Virus record (IMG/VR): IMGVR_UViG_3300037137_001787
Location: 1 to 52,148 of that record
Length of the DNA stretch: 52,148 nt
Reading direction: 5' to 3' (one strand)
Source of the DNA: a virus
Taxonomy: Duplodnaviria > Caudoviricetes
Shown: positions 1 to 10,221 of the stretch, piece after piece
Layout of the letters: every line of letters begins with the position of its first letter
Position numbering within the stretch: position 1 is the stretch's first letter
Position numbers and translations under genes: made by a program
Notes under the pieces: generated by a model
Seen by the model: only the letters and a program-made list of their open reading frames with translations
Databases searched by the model: none
What the model was told of the DNA's origin: nothing

Positions 1-127
1 GCATTATCAAAGGCATACCATCTATAACCAATTACTGCTCCAACTGTTGAATTTAATGTTTTGCTTACATTTGCCCATTGTGGTGTTGCAGTCCAGTTTA
101 CTGCACTATCATTAACCCAAGTCCCAG
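1..127. repeat. Terminal direct repeat (copy 1), circular-assembly overlap
   Basis: 1-127 is identical to 52022-52148. The LamG gene reads in frame through the junction. Confidence 0.97.
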
Positions 128-1925
128 TATTGTTAGTTGAAAAGATATACTGCCCGTTAGGATGCAATGCTGTAGTGTCATTGTATTGAATTGAGAATAA
201 TGTTGGTTGTCCTGCTGTGGTCTGATTATGTGATGCATCTGAGTAAGTTGGAGCTGTAGTATCTCCGACTGATGCTGTCTGCGTCCAGAAAGTTACCTTT
301 ATCAGTTCTGGTGTGGATGTTGTATTTCCTGCCAGTCTTACTTGTACATCAGTATTTTGATATTTTGTTGTTATAGACAAGCTGTTGTTTCCTGTCAGCG
401 TACCGCCAAGCTGAGAATATGTACTGCCATTATTCGCATACCAGACAGTGTAATTACTGTTTGCATCTGTGGTAGCATTGACGTCTATTTGATATGTTTC
501 ATTGCCTGTGCCAGCGTCATACCATGTTGTCAGATTGCCTGATGCTTTCATGGTATTATTCATGGTCTGGTTGATTTCGTCATTGGTGAGGGCACGGTTG
601 TATATCTGGACATTATCGATAAGACCATTAAAAGGATTACTACCCGAACCAGTCGCCCCTATCCCCAAGGGAACGTTATTAACTACAAGATTCTCTACAA
701 TTGGTTTAGTTGATACCAATATTCCATTATCATAAAAACACACATTAGAAGCAGAAAGCTTAAAAGTCATCGCTACATAATGCCAGTTCGTATCCGGTAT
801 AGTATATAAACTATCTATAATTACCCAACCATTATTATTATAAACAAATTGTAAATTGCCCCCTGTTGTTATATCAAAGTCATAATTTTCTAAATTTAAC
901 CCATACTTTCTGATTATTGTCCTTTCGTTTGCTGCCGTAACACTATTTAGTTTTATCCATGAAGATAATGTAATGTTTGTTGTTATATCTAAACTATTTG
1001 AATCTGGAATAGTAACATAATCATTTGTCCCATCAAATCTCAGCGCATTCCCGAACTTACCAGAACTATTCCAACCAGAAGTACCATTATTCAGTCCTGT
1101 ATTCATATTAGTGAGAGTGCCATTGTTATTTCCAGTAGTATTCTCATCATACGATACAGTGCCAGAACTACCATCAAACCGCCAATAAGAAATATAATCA
1201 TATACTTCCTGCCTGAGAAAGATACGATTCGTATCTCTGTTCAATGTGGTATTATCTTTGCTACTGTTACCCGTCCACGCATTGCCACCTTCACCAACAA
1301 TCCATGATTTAAGTTCAAAAGTAATATTCCCAGACATTTTATTAGCTTCTGCTTTCAGGAAATAAAGCCGGATTTCATCATTAACTATCCTGAATTGATA
1401 AGCAGATTTATTCAGAGTGGTAACATCATCGTAAATCTCAATATGTTCTTGTCCTGCCTGAAACATCCATCTACCGACTTTGATATTATGCTCATCGGCA
1501 TAATCCTTTATTTGTGAAAGCGAATAAGGAAACGTCAGATACGCCACTGTGATATTGACAGACACCATATTATTAAGCAAGGCTGTTTTGGTATAAGTCA
1601 GCGAAGGACTTATTTTGAACAGGCTCATGTCGAATTTGGTATTCGCCTTCGGGATTGAAATAGTCCTGTTATCCGCTGTAAAGTTCATTCTTGTTGGTAA
1701 GTCATCGATTTTGTAAGACCAGTTACCATTTGAGATATTCAACCATTCTTCGGGAATCCATTGATTATCCCATCGAAGATAAGTGGGATGATTAGAATAA
1801 GCACATTTACCGTCTGAGTAACATTCTTTCTGCCAACCATTACCATAGGTAACAGAATTCGCTGACGCTGCGCCTGCCAGTAACAAAATTGCTAACATGG
1901 ATATCAACATCAACGATTTATTCAT
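1..1925 (-). CDS. Secreted LamG/concanavalin-like jelly-roll adhesin, 5' part (continues across the origin to 51901; ~681 aa)
   Basis: Absent from the ORF track because it crosses the window edge. ATG at 1925 gives the signal peptide MNKSLMLISMLAILLLAGAASA. LamG motifs seen: YWRFDG, GKFGNALRFDGTNDYV, FNGLIDNVQIYNRAL. Many N-x-S/T sequons. Confidence 0.85.
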   Translation of the reverse strand, partial: MNKSLMLISMLAILLLAGAASANSVTYGNGWQKECYSDGKCAYSNHPTYLRWDNQWIPEEWLNISNGNWSYKIDDLPTRMNFTADNRTISIPKANTKFDMSLFKISPSLTYTKTALLNNMVSVNITVAYLTFPYSLSQIKDYADEHNIKVGRWMFQAGQEHIEIYDDVTTLNKSAYQFRIVNDEIRLYFLKAEANKMSGNITFELKSWIVGEGGNAWTGNSSKDNTTLNRDTNRIFLRQEVYDYISYWRFDGSSGTVSYDENTTGNNNGTLTNMNTGLNNGTSGWNSSGKFGNALRFDGTNDYVTIPDSNSLDITTNITLSSWIKLNSVTAANERTIIRKYGLNLENYDFDITTGGNLQFVYNNNGWVIIDSLYTIPDTNWHYVAMTFKLSASNVCFYDNGILVSTKPIVENLVVNNVPLGIGATGSGSNPFNGLIDNVQIYNRALTNDEINQTMNNTMKASGNLTTWYDAGTGNETYQIDVNATTDANSNYTVWYANNGSTYSQLGGTLTGNNSLSITTKYQNTDVQVRLAGNTTSTPELIKVTFWTQTASVGDTTAPTYSDASHNQTTAGQPTLFSIQYNDTTALHPNGQYIFSTNNTGTWVNDSAVNWTATPQWANVSKTLNSTVGAVIGYRWYAFDN

Positions 1926-1938
1926 TTCTTTTTACCTC

Positions 1939-2430
1939 TTAATATATTGCAGATATTGTTACCGTCTGCGAATATACATCAGACGGTGAATCTTTCGGAA
2001 CTGTCAGGGTGAACGTTAGTGTTGTGTCGCCAATTGGGAATTTATTATCCGTTGGTACTCCTGTAACAACAGTAGTATCCGCAGGCATTTCATTTGGCGA
2101 GACAGAACCTATCCATTTACTGAGTTCAATAGATATAGGAACATTAGTTGGTGCTGACATACCACACACGGGAAGGAATCCACTTGTGGTTATACTTAAC
2201 TTCAAATCCTTCGCATATGTATTTATAATTTCATTGGAGTCCAATGTTTCAAAGTTCAAAGTATTAGTATTTACACCGATTCCTATTAAGTTTGGTGGGC
2301 ACGCATCTGCTATGTTTACCACTTTGACTTTTCCCGTAACGATTGTTCCCGAACTTTCAGCCATAACAACTGGCTGTACCGTAACTATCATCAAGATAGC
2401 TACTATTGCCATCGCTAATATTTTTTTCAT
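1939..2430 (-). CDS. Secreted beta-sandwich protein with signal peptide
   Basis: MKKILAMAIVAILMIVTVQPVVMA signal peptide. C-terminal FTLTVP..YSQTVTISA strand pattern. In operon. Confidence 0.7.
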   Translation of the reverse strand: MKKILAMAIVAILMIVTVQPVVMAESSGTIVTGKVKVVNIADACPPNLIGIGVNTNTLNFETLDSNEIINTYAKDLKLSITTSGFLPVCGMSAPTNVPISIELSKWIGSVSPNEMPADTTVVTGVPTDNKFPIGDTTLTFTLTVPKDSPSDVYSQTVTISAIY

Positions 2431-3029
2431 TTCTTTTCAACCTCTTTCGATTTGTTCTTTTTATTCTTTATCACAATTCCGATAAATACCAGTATTAAGA
2501 ACACCAGTATTATTGAATTTATGAAATTTATATTCGAATAATCTACATTGTTAGACTGTTTATCAACACCCAAAACATTTAGAATTATCTGTTTTCCAAG
2601 TTTTACATTTACTTTGCCAGTTTCTTCAGTAAATACAAAAATCGTTCCATTGAGTTGTTCTTTTCCTGAGTAATCCTTTGGAATATTAATTTTTACATTA
2701 ATATCTGTTAATTCTTTTGGAACTAAGGTTAGTTCTTTTGGATATTCAAGATATTTTGATACATCGCCAATAACATTTAACTTAACTGTTATTGTATCAT
2801 TTGCATCATTCAACACTCCATATTTTGTATAACTACTGTTTCCAATACTTACATTTATAGAAAGCGAACCAATGGTTTGTTGAAGAGCAGATGCCTGCCC
2901 GATAAAAAACAAAGCTGAGATAAGAATCAGCACGAAAAATAAGCTAACTTTGGGCATACTCAATCTCAATTTTATCGCCGTTTCGAGGAGATGAAGTGAA
3001 GTTGATGCTTTTCGTTGCAACACTTTCAC
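2427..3029 (-). CDS. Membrane-anchored Ig-like protein (true start probably the internal MPKVSLFF)
   Basis: Signal-like N-terminal hydrophobic stretch, C-terminal TM helix followed by a Lys-rich tail. AT-rich. Confidence 0.7.
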   Translation of the reverse strand: MKVLQRKASTSLHLLETAIKLRLSMPKVSLFFVLILISALFFIGQASALQQTIGSLSINVSIGNSSYTKYGVLNDANDTITVKLNVIGDVSKYLEYPKELTLVPKELTDINVKINIPKDYSGKEQLNGTIFVFTEETGKVNVKLGKQIILNVLGVDKQSNNVDYSNINFINSIILVFLILVFIGIVIKNKKNKSKEVEKK

Positions 3030-5298
3030 TATAAGAGCCTGCTGTAAAGTTAAGTGGTTGCCTAAGTCCGTTCACATAAACTCTTGTAGAATTTACAAGA
3101 TAATTGACTGAAAGAGTATAATTTTGTTCTGTTCCTGATGCCGTGAATTGCTCAGTAGAGATTGTCGTGAATCCCATCGTACTCGCTATTGTGATGTTTG
3201 TTCCTGATTGCGTGAGAGTGATATTAGTACCCTGCACAAGGGAAGCATTTGCAGTTATTACAGGTTGCCCACTAACATTTATCCCGCCGCCCGTTGATGT
3301 ACCTGTATTCTGGTCAGTGTCGCAATTCCACCATGAACCATTCCAGATATTTTTATCTGTGCCTGTGCATATTGTAGCATTTACCACTTTCATGAAAGTA
3401 GTATTGACAAATGCTCGGTCTTGTGTATCGTTTGATTGCAACCCCGTGATTGAACTATTCTGAGTATCTTCTATCTCTTGCAAACCTGTTATGTTTCCAA
3501 CCCCAAGAGTTATCCATTGCTTCAACCCGTTCCAGAAAGTGTTTGAAGTTGAACCTGTTATGGTTGGCTCTTTCCCTGCCAAGTCGGAAACAAGACCTGA
3601 AACATTGGCTTGTGGCAACGCAGGTATAACCGAATAATTAATTGTTCCTGTAAGATTGGCTGCGTTCTGGTTATACAGGTCAGCATATTGATTAACTTCA
3701 TTAAGTGTGATCCCCCCACCAGTTCCACCAGATGAACTGATTTGAGCTACACAAGCCGAAGGGCAACCAGACCATGTAATTGTGACATTTGAGCCTGCTG
3801 ACACATTGTTTAGTTTCAAGTCATAGGTAGCGTTGTAAGTAGCGTTCCAGTTAGCCAAATTGTCTGCGACTGTGTTATTTGGGGCATTAGTTAAGAGGGT
3901 ATGGTAAGAACTATTGTAGGTAGCATTCCAGTTTACGAGATTACCATTAACTATACTGGTGGTACTATTGTGAGTATCGAGTATCTCCTGCAAGCCTGAA
4001 ATATAACTTATCAAAATATCCTTGAATGTTTTATCCCAACCATAGAATTTACTGGCTGTAGATGAACTAATAGCAGGTTCTTTTCCCGACAAATCTGAAA
4101 TTAGATTCGTTACTTGCGTTTCGGTTATCTGAGCGCTTGAATTAACTACCGTAAGTGTGGTTTTTGAGGTTACTGTATCCCATATAGCTTCCTTCGATGC
4201 AATAGTATTATTCGGATAAGTCGTTCTCTCATCTTTGATTGTAACATCGGTCGTTCCAGTATATGTCAAAGGACTCTGAGCAGTTACGGAAGATACATTT
4301 CCTCCTGCTGCTCCGGTCTGGTCTGTGCCACAGGTTACGGTTTCTCCATCGTCTGAGACTAACTTTCCTGTTGTGGCATTGCATACCGGTATTTCAGCAT
4401 GAAACGAAGTATTGAAGTTCGTTCCGAATGCTGAAGTAAGAAGGTAATTAACCAGGGAGGAATTAGGGAAGTTTCCTGCATAACTGGAAATCAACAAATA
4501 ATTGACAAGCGAAGAATTTGGGTAATTCCCGTTTAGGTTCGCTATCGTGGTGTTCGGAAAATTACCGGAATAAGTCAGGATAGGAAGAAAAGTAGTATTG
4601 ACGTAAGTCCTGTCTGCCGTATCGTTGTTCTGCAATGTGATTATCAAAACCGAATGAGAATCATAAGTAGCGTTATAGGTAGCATTCCAGTTTGCGAGGT
4701 TTCCGGCTACTGTTGAAGTGGTGTTGGCATAAGTTGAATTATATGTTGTCGTCCATGTTGATGGCGCTGTTATTGTACATATGATGTCGTCGGTTCCTGT
4801 GCAATCCAGAGTTCCTGCGGGTGCGCCGGTGACTGAAGATACATTACCACCGCCAGCACCACTTCCATAACTACCGTTCTTCAAGAACACTGCTGAGAAG
4901 TTGCGGGAATATATCGTCCCTTTCTTATTTGAGTATACTTCAAAGCCGTAATAATGAGTTCCTGTGGACTCGTTAAAAGCTATCTCATACGAGCCAACCT
5001 GAGCGTACACAGACTGAGTTAAGTTGAACCGCCCTAATGATTCGCCATCACGCATGAACCGCCCGTATAGAGGCGCAGTGAAGTTCATACGAGCATCCCA
5101 GGAAGCTTTCAGGAATGTGACTCCATCGCCGGTTGCGAGGGTGATATTGTGTAACTCACTGTATGATGCTGCAGTTGTATATTCGGTACTGTTTGAAGCA
5201 ATGCCAGAAACTACGTCATACGTTGCTCCCGCCATCGGTATTAGCAATAGCATTGAGGTAATACAAAGTATTACAAGTCGTAGTTTCTGGTTACTCAT
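2944..5298 (-). CDS. Large secreted, repeat-containing fibre/adhesin-like glycoprotein (784 aa)
   Basis: Signal peptide. Internal repeats: NWNATYN x3, SDL.GKEP.I x2, GGNVSSVT x2. Very many N-x-S/T. C-terminal VYVNGLRQ...GDKIEIEY module typical of virion fibre proteins. Confidence 0.75.
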   Translation of the reverse strand: MSNQKLRLVILCITSMLLLIPMAGATYDVVSGIASNSTEYTTAASYSELHNITLATGDGVTFLKASWDARMNFTAPLYGRFMRDGESLGRFNLTQSVYAQVGSYEIAFNESTGTHYYGFEVYSNKKGTIYSRNFSAVFLKNGSYGSGAGGGNVSSVTGAPAGTLDCTGTDDIICTITAPSTWTTTYNSTYANTTSTVAGNLANWNATYNATYDSHSVLIITLQNNDTADRTYVNTTFLPILTYSGNFPNTTIANLNGNYPNSSLVNYLLISSYAGNFPNSSLVNYLLTSAFGTNFNTSFHAEIPVCNATTGKLVSDDGETVTCGTDQTGAAGGNVSSVTAQSPLTYTGTTDVTIKDERTTYPNNTIASKEAIWDTVTSKTTLTVVNSSAQITETQVTNLISDLSGKEPAISSSTASKFYGWDKTFKDILISYISGLQEILDTHNSTTSIVNGNLVNWNATYNSSYHTLLTNAPNNTVADNLANWNATYNATYDLKLNNVSAGSNVTITWSGCPSACVAQISSSGGTGGGITLNEVNQYADLYNQNAANLTGTINYSVIPALPQANVSGLVSDLAGKEPTITGSTSNTFWNGLKQWITLGVGNITGLQEIEDTQNSSITGLQSNDTQDRAFVNTTFMKVVNATICTGTDKNIWNGSWWNCDTDQNTGTSTGGGINVSGQPVITANASLVQGTNITLTQSGTNITIASTMGFTTISTEQFTASGTEQNYTLSVNYLVNSTRVYVNGLRQPLNFTAGSYSESVATKSINFTSSPRNGDKIEIEYAQS

Positions 5299-5301
5299 GT
5301 T

Positions 5302-5619
5302 CTAAGTTCCTGGATCGTCTGTTTTACTTTCAAGATATGATTTTACAAGTTTGCTGACGATTGCCTGCAAACCATAGCCTGCCAAGACCGCTGCTTTGAT
5401 CGCATCCGTATCAATCACATCGACTTTCGCCGGGAGTCCAAAAAGAACAGCGACAATTACGCCGAGCAAAAGTACAGCAACATACTTCCAGTTCACTGTA
5501 GTTGCCGGATCATTCCATTTGTTCAGGATGTATGGGAATATAACTGCTAATGTCGCACCAAGAATCATCAGTGCTGCATATATCAGCATTTCAGTTCCAC
5601 CTGCTATTTCTATTGCCAT
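5302..5619 (-). CDS. Small 3-TM membrane protein, holin-like
   Basis: Three hydrophobic helices, located in the late operon. Confidence 0.5.
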   Translation of the reverse strand: MAIEIAGGTEMLIYAALMILGATLAVIFPYILNKWNDPATTVNWKYVAVLLLGVIVAVLFGLPAKVDVIDTDAIKAAVLAGYGLQAIVSKLVKSYLESKTDDPGT

Positions 5620-5620
5620 T

Positions 5621-6082
5621 TCAGTTCACCTTATTCCTGCATTCTTTATCGTACCCTCTACACCAGCCATTACCTTCATTATCATATGGTCTGGTCATAT
5701 CGGGTTGTATGAATGTAACGGTTTTTATTCCTGCTTTCTGGTTCTCAATCTTCCTGAGCCATTCACGGAGTTGCTGGTAATTTTCCCTATTTCGCCCGCT
5801 ATTCGTATGATGGATAACAGCATCCTCAAGAGTATCCATAGTCCATCTATCTCTACTTCCTGCATCGTATGCAGTCAGGGAAACTTTGACAACTTCATAT
5901 TCGCTCATATGTTCTCCCGTCCTGAGTTCAGGAGGGATGTATGCGCTTGCTGTAAATGCAAGCATTATTATGGTGAGTATCACCATTAGTTTCTTGTTCA
6001 TTATTTCACTGCTCCAAATGTTGTTAACAGCCATGTTGTAAGTATGACTGTAATCAGACTTAGCACTATGGGTACAATCCAC
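5621..6082 (-). CDS. Hypothetical protein with signal peptide (true start probably MNKKLMVIL, ~6001)
   Basis: ORF in operon with a signal-like segment. Confidence 0.55.
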   Translation of the reverse strand: MDCTHSAKSDYSHTYNMAVNNIWSSEIMNKKLMVILTIIMLAFTASAYIPPELRTGEHMSEYEVVKVSLTAYDAGSRDRWTMDTLEDAVIHHTNSGRNRENYQQLREWLRKIENQKAGIKTVTFIQPDMTRPYDNEGNGWCRGYDKECRNKVN

Positions 6083-6294
6083 ATTGCTCCGGCAATCTTA
6101 TGGCGCCAATCGCAAAGTGTTGTAATCTCTTTTTTGTGCTCGTCAAGTCTTGAATGAGCTTTATTTGCAATAACTTCAATATTGTCAAATTGTACTTTCC
6201 AATATTTATCCTGGGATTCGGCTCTTTCTTTGAGATTATCATCCATTCTATCTAATCTGTCAAGAATCGCCCGAAGTTCTGAACTTTCTGACAT
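6001..6294 (-). CDS. Coiled-coil plus C-terminal TM protein (holin/XhlA-like)
   Basis: Coiled-coil N-terminus and a single C-terminal TM helix. Confidence 0.55.
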   Translation of the reverse strand: MSESSELRAILDRLDRMDDNLKERAESQDKYWKVQFDNIEVIANKAHSRLDEHKKEITTLCDWRHKIAGAMWIVPIVLSLITVILTTWLLTTFGAVK

Positions 6295-6647
6295 TATGCA
6301 TTCGCCTTCTTCACAGAATAATTTGAAGATGTTGCTGCTGCTTCTTCTTCGATTGTCTCGAATACAAGTGCTTTTGCTGCTAATCTTAGATTCTCTGCTT
6401 TCTTATCGAGACTATAATATTTTGCACCGGATTCTCCCGGAAGACCGCCAGTAAGATGTAATCTTTCGTACCATCCAGCCTTGGATAATAATGATGATGA
6501 TGCTTTCGTTACTGTTGTTGTCAGTGAGTACATATCAATCCATCCCTGTATCTCGCGTTCAGCCTGATCGATGATTTCCTGAAGTATTGTATCTGCTTCA
6601 GCAGTTCCTACCTGCTTCCTGAATTCAGCTACTGAAAGTGTACTCAA
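6294..6647 (-). CDS. Head-tail connector (gp6/gp15-like adaptor)
   Basis: LSVAEFRKQVG...DTILQEIIDQAEREI pattern, downstream of the MCP. Confidence 0.65.
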   Translation of the reverse strand: MSTLSVAEFRKQVGTAEADTILQEIIDQAEREIQGWIDMYSLTTTVTKASSSLLSKAGWYERLHLTGGLPGESGAKYYSLDKKAENLRLAAKALVFETIEEEAAATSSNYSVKKANA

Positions 6648-6892
6648 TCGCCTACCTCCGGTCTTTTTCTAATATCGATCTTATTTGATTTCGGGATTGA
6701 ATTTGTATCGACGGGCGCATTGTCGATTTTATAAGTATCTGGATCATTGATACCCAATCCTTCTATTGTTATGTGCAAATCATCAAGTCCATATAATCCA
6801 GTAGTTGCTATTCCTGATGAATCTTTTAATGCTCGCTCACGCTCTCTCTGCCATGCTCCTGAAAGTTCCTTCTCTGATTGTGCTGTGATCAT
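6644..6892 (-). CDS. Hypothetical virion-module protein
   Basis: ORF translationally coupled within the head operon. Confidence 0.55.
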   Translation of the reverse strand: MITAQSEKELSGAWQRERERALKDSSGIATTGLYGLDDLHITIEGLGINDPDTYKIDNAPVDTNSIPKSNKIDIRKRPEVGD

Positions 6893-6897
6893 ATATA

Positions 6898-7284
6898 TTA
6901 AATTACATAGACTATTACAGATATTGTTGCTGCTGCTCCTGTTTGTGCGTTCGTTGCGGTTGCTTGGAATGTTATATTCCCTGCAACTACAATACCGTGC
7001 GGCGTTGCTGCTGCAACCATTCCAACATCTAATGTCTTTGCTCCTTCTGCCACTGATGCTTTTGAGTAATGAGATGTCCCGTCTGCATCAAGAACCGCAA
7101 TTGTCACGGTGGTTGTGCCAACAAGCGCAGGAACATCATAAATCATTTTAACGATTCTTCCGCATACTTCTTGGGATGTACTTCCAACCGTCCCTTCCGC
7201 TGCAATTGTAATCGGAATTACCCGTTGTCCGACTGGATATATTGGGTCTCCTCTTTTATCTTCTGTGGTCAATACTGTTACCAT
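6898..7284 (-). CDS. Putative structural beta-rich protein
   Basis: Immediately after the MCP, with a GAGGTG RBS. Ala/Thr/Val-rich. Confidence 0.6.
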   Translation of the reverse strand: MVTVLTTEDKRGDPIYPVGQRVIPITIAAEGTVGSTSQEVCGRIVKMIYDVPALVGTTTVTIAVLDADGTSHYSKASVAEGAKTLDVGMVAAATPHGIVVAGNITFQATATNAQTGAAATISVIVYVI

Positions 7285-7344
7285 ATTTTCACCTCATAAA
7301 AATAAAAACAGAAAGAGAGAATTATCCCTCTTCCAAGTTCAACC

Positions 7345-8454
7345 TTATGAAGTCCAGTGGTAATGAGCGGATGCCGCAGGATGCAGATAGTTCACATCGC
7401 AACGCATAGTTGCAGTCAGTGTATGTAGTTCTTTCTCAATATCATCGAACTTATTCACTGTTGTATCTCTGCGCATTGCAATACCAAATGCTCGCTTTGC
7501 TTCCATGACCACAAGACCCACATCGTTCGAGTCCACGTATGCCCAGGGATTTGTTCCATCAACTGTGGTACTGCCGTTGTCAGTAATGAATATATTCAAT
7601 CCATACACATTTTTTGGCAGTCTTCCAGTACGGATGACCTCAGAACCGCCCGCATAGTTCGCATATGCAAGTTGGTCCTTGTGCATCAGATCATGTTCAA
7701 CAACACTCGTTATAATGGCTGTATCTGGGAAGAACCCTGCTTTACGGATGGTATTAACACAGTCAAGCATTGCAGCCAATGATCCACCGGCTGTATTTGC
7801 GCCTGCTGTGGTGATTGACCCTACACCAGTTCCATTGGTGATGAGTGCTGTCAGAGAGTCGTAATTGAGTTTGTTCTCAATCGCTGCGCCCGCAAAGAAG
7901 ATTTCTTCTGCAACTACATCAACAAGCCCATCCTCAACCATCTCGTATGATATCCTGGGTTTCATACCGTATTTCACGATACTGAAATCCCTATATCCAT
8001 ACTCCTGTGTTCTATCAGGTATTGGCGCGCCTTCACTGACTACAGGTGCGTTTACCTGTGCTTCTCCGAGAGGGACACGAAGAGCATTTGATTTGGTCTG
8101 GTACATCGCCACTCCAGCATTACGGAACACTTTCATTTTATCCGCTCCTGCTAAGACCGTCCTCAACACCTCTTCGTTCAGAAGTGAGGTCGATGCGATA
8201 CTTTCTGTCAATAACAGTTCGGCTGCCGGATATCTGGTTGCATCAGGTTCATCGTTCAGGAATGCGTCTATCTTGGATGCACCAAGTTGTGCCGGAAGTC
8301 CAAGAACAAGTTTTCTTCTCTGTCTGTTCCCATACTTCTCTCCTTTAATATCGAGTTGCGCTATTTCAAGCATTTTTGAAAGTGTTGCAACGTGAGGATC
8401 GTTTGACGCAGGTCTATACTGCATTGGTTCCACATTAATTGATTTTTCACTCAT
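7345..8454 (-). CDS. Major capsid protein (HK97 fold)
   Basis: APVVSEGAPIP, KYGMKPRISYEMVEDG and YGLNIF motifs. 369 aa, located after the protease and decoration genes. Confidence 0.9.
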   Translation of the reverse strand: MSEKSINVEPMQYRPASNDPHVATLSKMLEIAQLDIKGEKYGNRQRRKLVLGLPAQLGASKIDAFLNDEPDATRYPAAELLLTESIASTSLLNEEVLRTVLAGADKMKVFRNAGVAMYQTKSNALRVPLGEAQVNAPVVSEGAPIPDRTQEYGYRDFSIVKYGMKPRISYEMVEDGLVDVVAEEIFFAGAAIENKLNYDSLTALITNGTGVGSITTAGANTAGGSLAAMLDCVNTIRKAGFFPDTAIITSVVEHDLMHKDQLAYANYAGGSEVIRTGRLPKNVYGLNIFITDNGSTTVDGTNPWAYVDSNDVGLVVMEAKRAFGIAMRRDTTVNKFDDIEKELHTLTATMRCDVNYLHPAASAHYHWTS

Positions 8455-8467
8455 GATTTTGGTCTCC

Positions 8468-8983
8468 TTAGCTTGAATTTGCCTGAGTCAATGTTCCAGT
8501 CCTGACGAGCATTCGTCCTTTAGAACCGACAGTGCCTGTACTTACCGCAATTGCTTCGAGCGCAACGCCAACTATACCACCATGATATGTTGCTGTTGCT
8601 CCGCCCGTTGCCGCAACTGCCGCTATGCTTACTGCACCTTTACACGGGGCATCATTAGCCTCAAGAATATCTCCTGCTTCGATTGCTGCTGCGTCATCTG
8701 AGTTTACAACGTAAACGATACAACCATCGCCCGCAATAGTCACCTGTTCACCGGCAGCCACTGTGTTTATAGCCACACCGATTGGTCTTCCGCCAGATTC
8801 CGCGACTGCCGCATTAACGGCAAGATCTAACCCGGTTGCATCTATCTCCACAACCTGTCCAGCCAACACTTTATCGGTTGCTGTCATCTGGAAGAATTTG
8901 TTTCCTTGCCATACCACATTCTTTATTGCCGTAGTTGGCGATCCCGTATCTCCTGGGAAATATGTTGCTCCTAAGTCACCCAT
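8468..8983 (-). CDS. Capsid decoration/cement protein
   Basis: AGQVV...IGVA...AAGEQVTI...IEAGD beta-tulip-like pattern, between protease and MCP. Confidence 0.7.
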   Translation of the reverse strand: MGDLGATYFPGDTGSPTTAIKNVVWQGNKFFQMTATDKVLAGQVVEIDATGLDLAVNAAVAESGGRPIGVAINTVAAGEQVTIAGDGCIVYVVNSDDAAAIEAGDILEANDAPCKGAVSIAAVAATGGATATYHGGIVGVALEAIAVSTGTVGSKGRMLVRTGTLTQANSS

Positions 8984-8985
8984 AA

Positions 8986-10221
8986 TTAATCACCGAAATC
9001 CTGTATTGACATTGCAGGGTAGTCCCCTGAGTCAAGTTCTGCTGCTGTTCTCCTGCCATCCACGGATGCCGAAATGGTCGTGTGTATGACTGGTTGGTTT
9101 GAGATTGCTTTTACCTGATGTTCAAGTTCAGCAACTCTCTTCTGATAGTCAGTATTCGCAAGTTGTTTTGACAATGTTGCAACCTGTTCTTTCAGAAGTT
9201 CGTTCTCTTTCTTCATTGTTTCGTGCTGTGCCAGGAATGCATTTGAATTTGCGTTCTGTTTATCTTTGATTTCCTGTTCAAGCATAGCAATCCTCTGTTT
9301 CTGTTCACTATTCAATTCCACAGTGACACCACCATTCGTAGCAGTGCCACCGGTAGGTGGTGTTCCGTCTGTCATATTTTCTGTATCTCCTTCATTGAAA
9401 GTGCATACACGACATGCTCCTTTTCGCACTGTGGCTGCACCCATGAACATAATTCCGGCTGGTTTCGAGCCGTCTAAGATATCTTCAAAAAAGAATTCCG
9501 GTGAAACGTCAGTGATTTGCTTGCGTTTTATCAGTGTGACAATATCTTTACCTAACGCAGTCGGATATATTCTGACATCCCCCCTCCATGTTGCAGGATT
9601 CAGGGATAACTTTGCATTCTCGATAATCCCTATTTCGTTTGTGAGCGGAAGATCTTCGTAAATATCATGTTGCGCTTTGAATGACACCCTTTTGAATGTC
9701 ATTCGTGAAAGTTCAGTTGCCGAATATGTCAATGGTTTCTTATTCAGTGAATCCGTCCACGTTCCCTCTGCCATCAAGGTAACATCATGAAAAATTGTAT
9801 CGCCTGTGCGTGGACAGTCGGTGAAATTGACCATATCCTGCGGGAATGACAGAAACGCAGACATATGTGCTTTAATTTCAATCCCGAATTTACCTGCGGC
9901 AGATTTTATTTTTGCTTTAATTGAGTTCACTTGTTCGGCAGTATATGGTTTCTGATTCTTTGGCATATTGATATATGACCATGCTGCACGCACATGTTCC
10001 TCAGTATCAATCGGATATCGATGAACCTTATCATCCTGATACCCAGGATCAGCATACTCAACATCTCCATAAGGCTTATTCCCCGCCATCTCGCCATGTT
10101 TCTGTTTATGTTCTTCTTGCAATTTGCCGCAGACTTTCTTGGCTACTTCTTCAGAATATCCTTCTTTCTCTTTCATGTGCGTGACGCAGGCAGAAAAATC
10201 AGGGAAATCAGCGAATGGCAT
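8986..10221 (-). CDS. Prohead protease-scaffold fusion with a DUF6582-like insert
   Basis: LMAEGTWTDS and DVSPE protease-like motifs, C-terminal coiled-coil scaffold, and an N-terminal YADPGYQ..RYPIDTEEHVRAAWSY module. Confidence 0.75.
   Translation of the reverse strand: MPFADFPDFSACVTHMKEKEGYSEEVAKKVCGKLQEEHKQKHGEMAGNKPYGDVEYADPGYQDDKVHRYPIDTEEHVRAAWSYINMPKNQKPYTAEQVNSIKAKIKSAAGKFGIEIKAHMSAFLSFPQDMVNFTDCPRTGDTIFHDVTLMAEGTWTDSLNKKPLTYSATELSRMTFKRVSFKAQHDIYEDLPLTNEIGIIENAKLSLNPATWRGDVRIYPTALGKDIVTLIKRKQITDVSPEFFFEDILDGSKPAGIMFMGAATVRKGACRVCTFNEGDTENMTDGTPPTGGTATNGGVTVELNSEQKQRIAMLEQEIKDKQNANSNAFLAQHETMKKENELLKEQVATLSKQLANTDYQKRVAELEHQVKAISNQPVIHTTISASVDGRRTAAELDSGDYPAMSIQDFGD

Noticed and set aside
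1-127. Biological terminal repeat
   Set aside because: It lies mid-gene and 127 is a common assembler k-mer length, so it is most likely a circularisation overlap.
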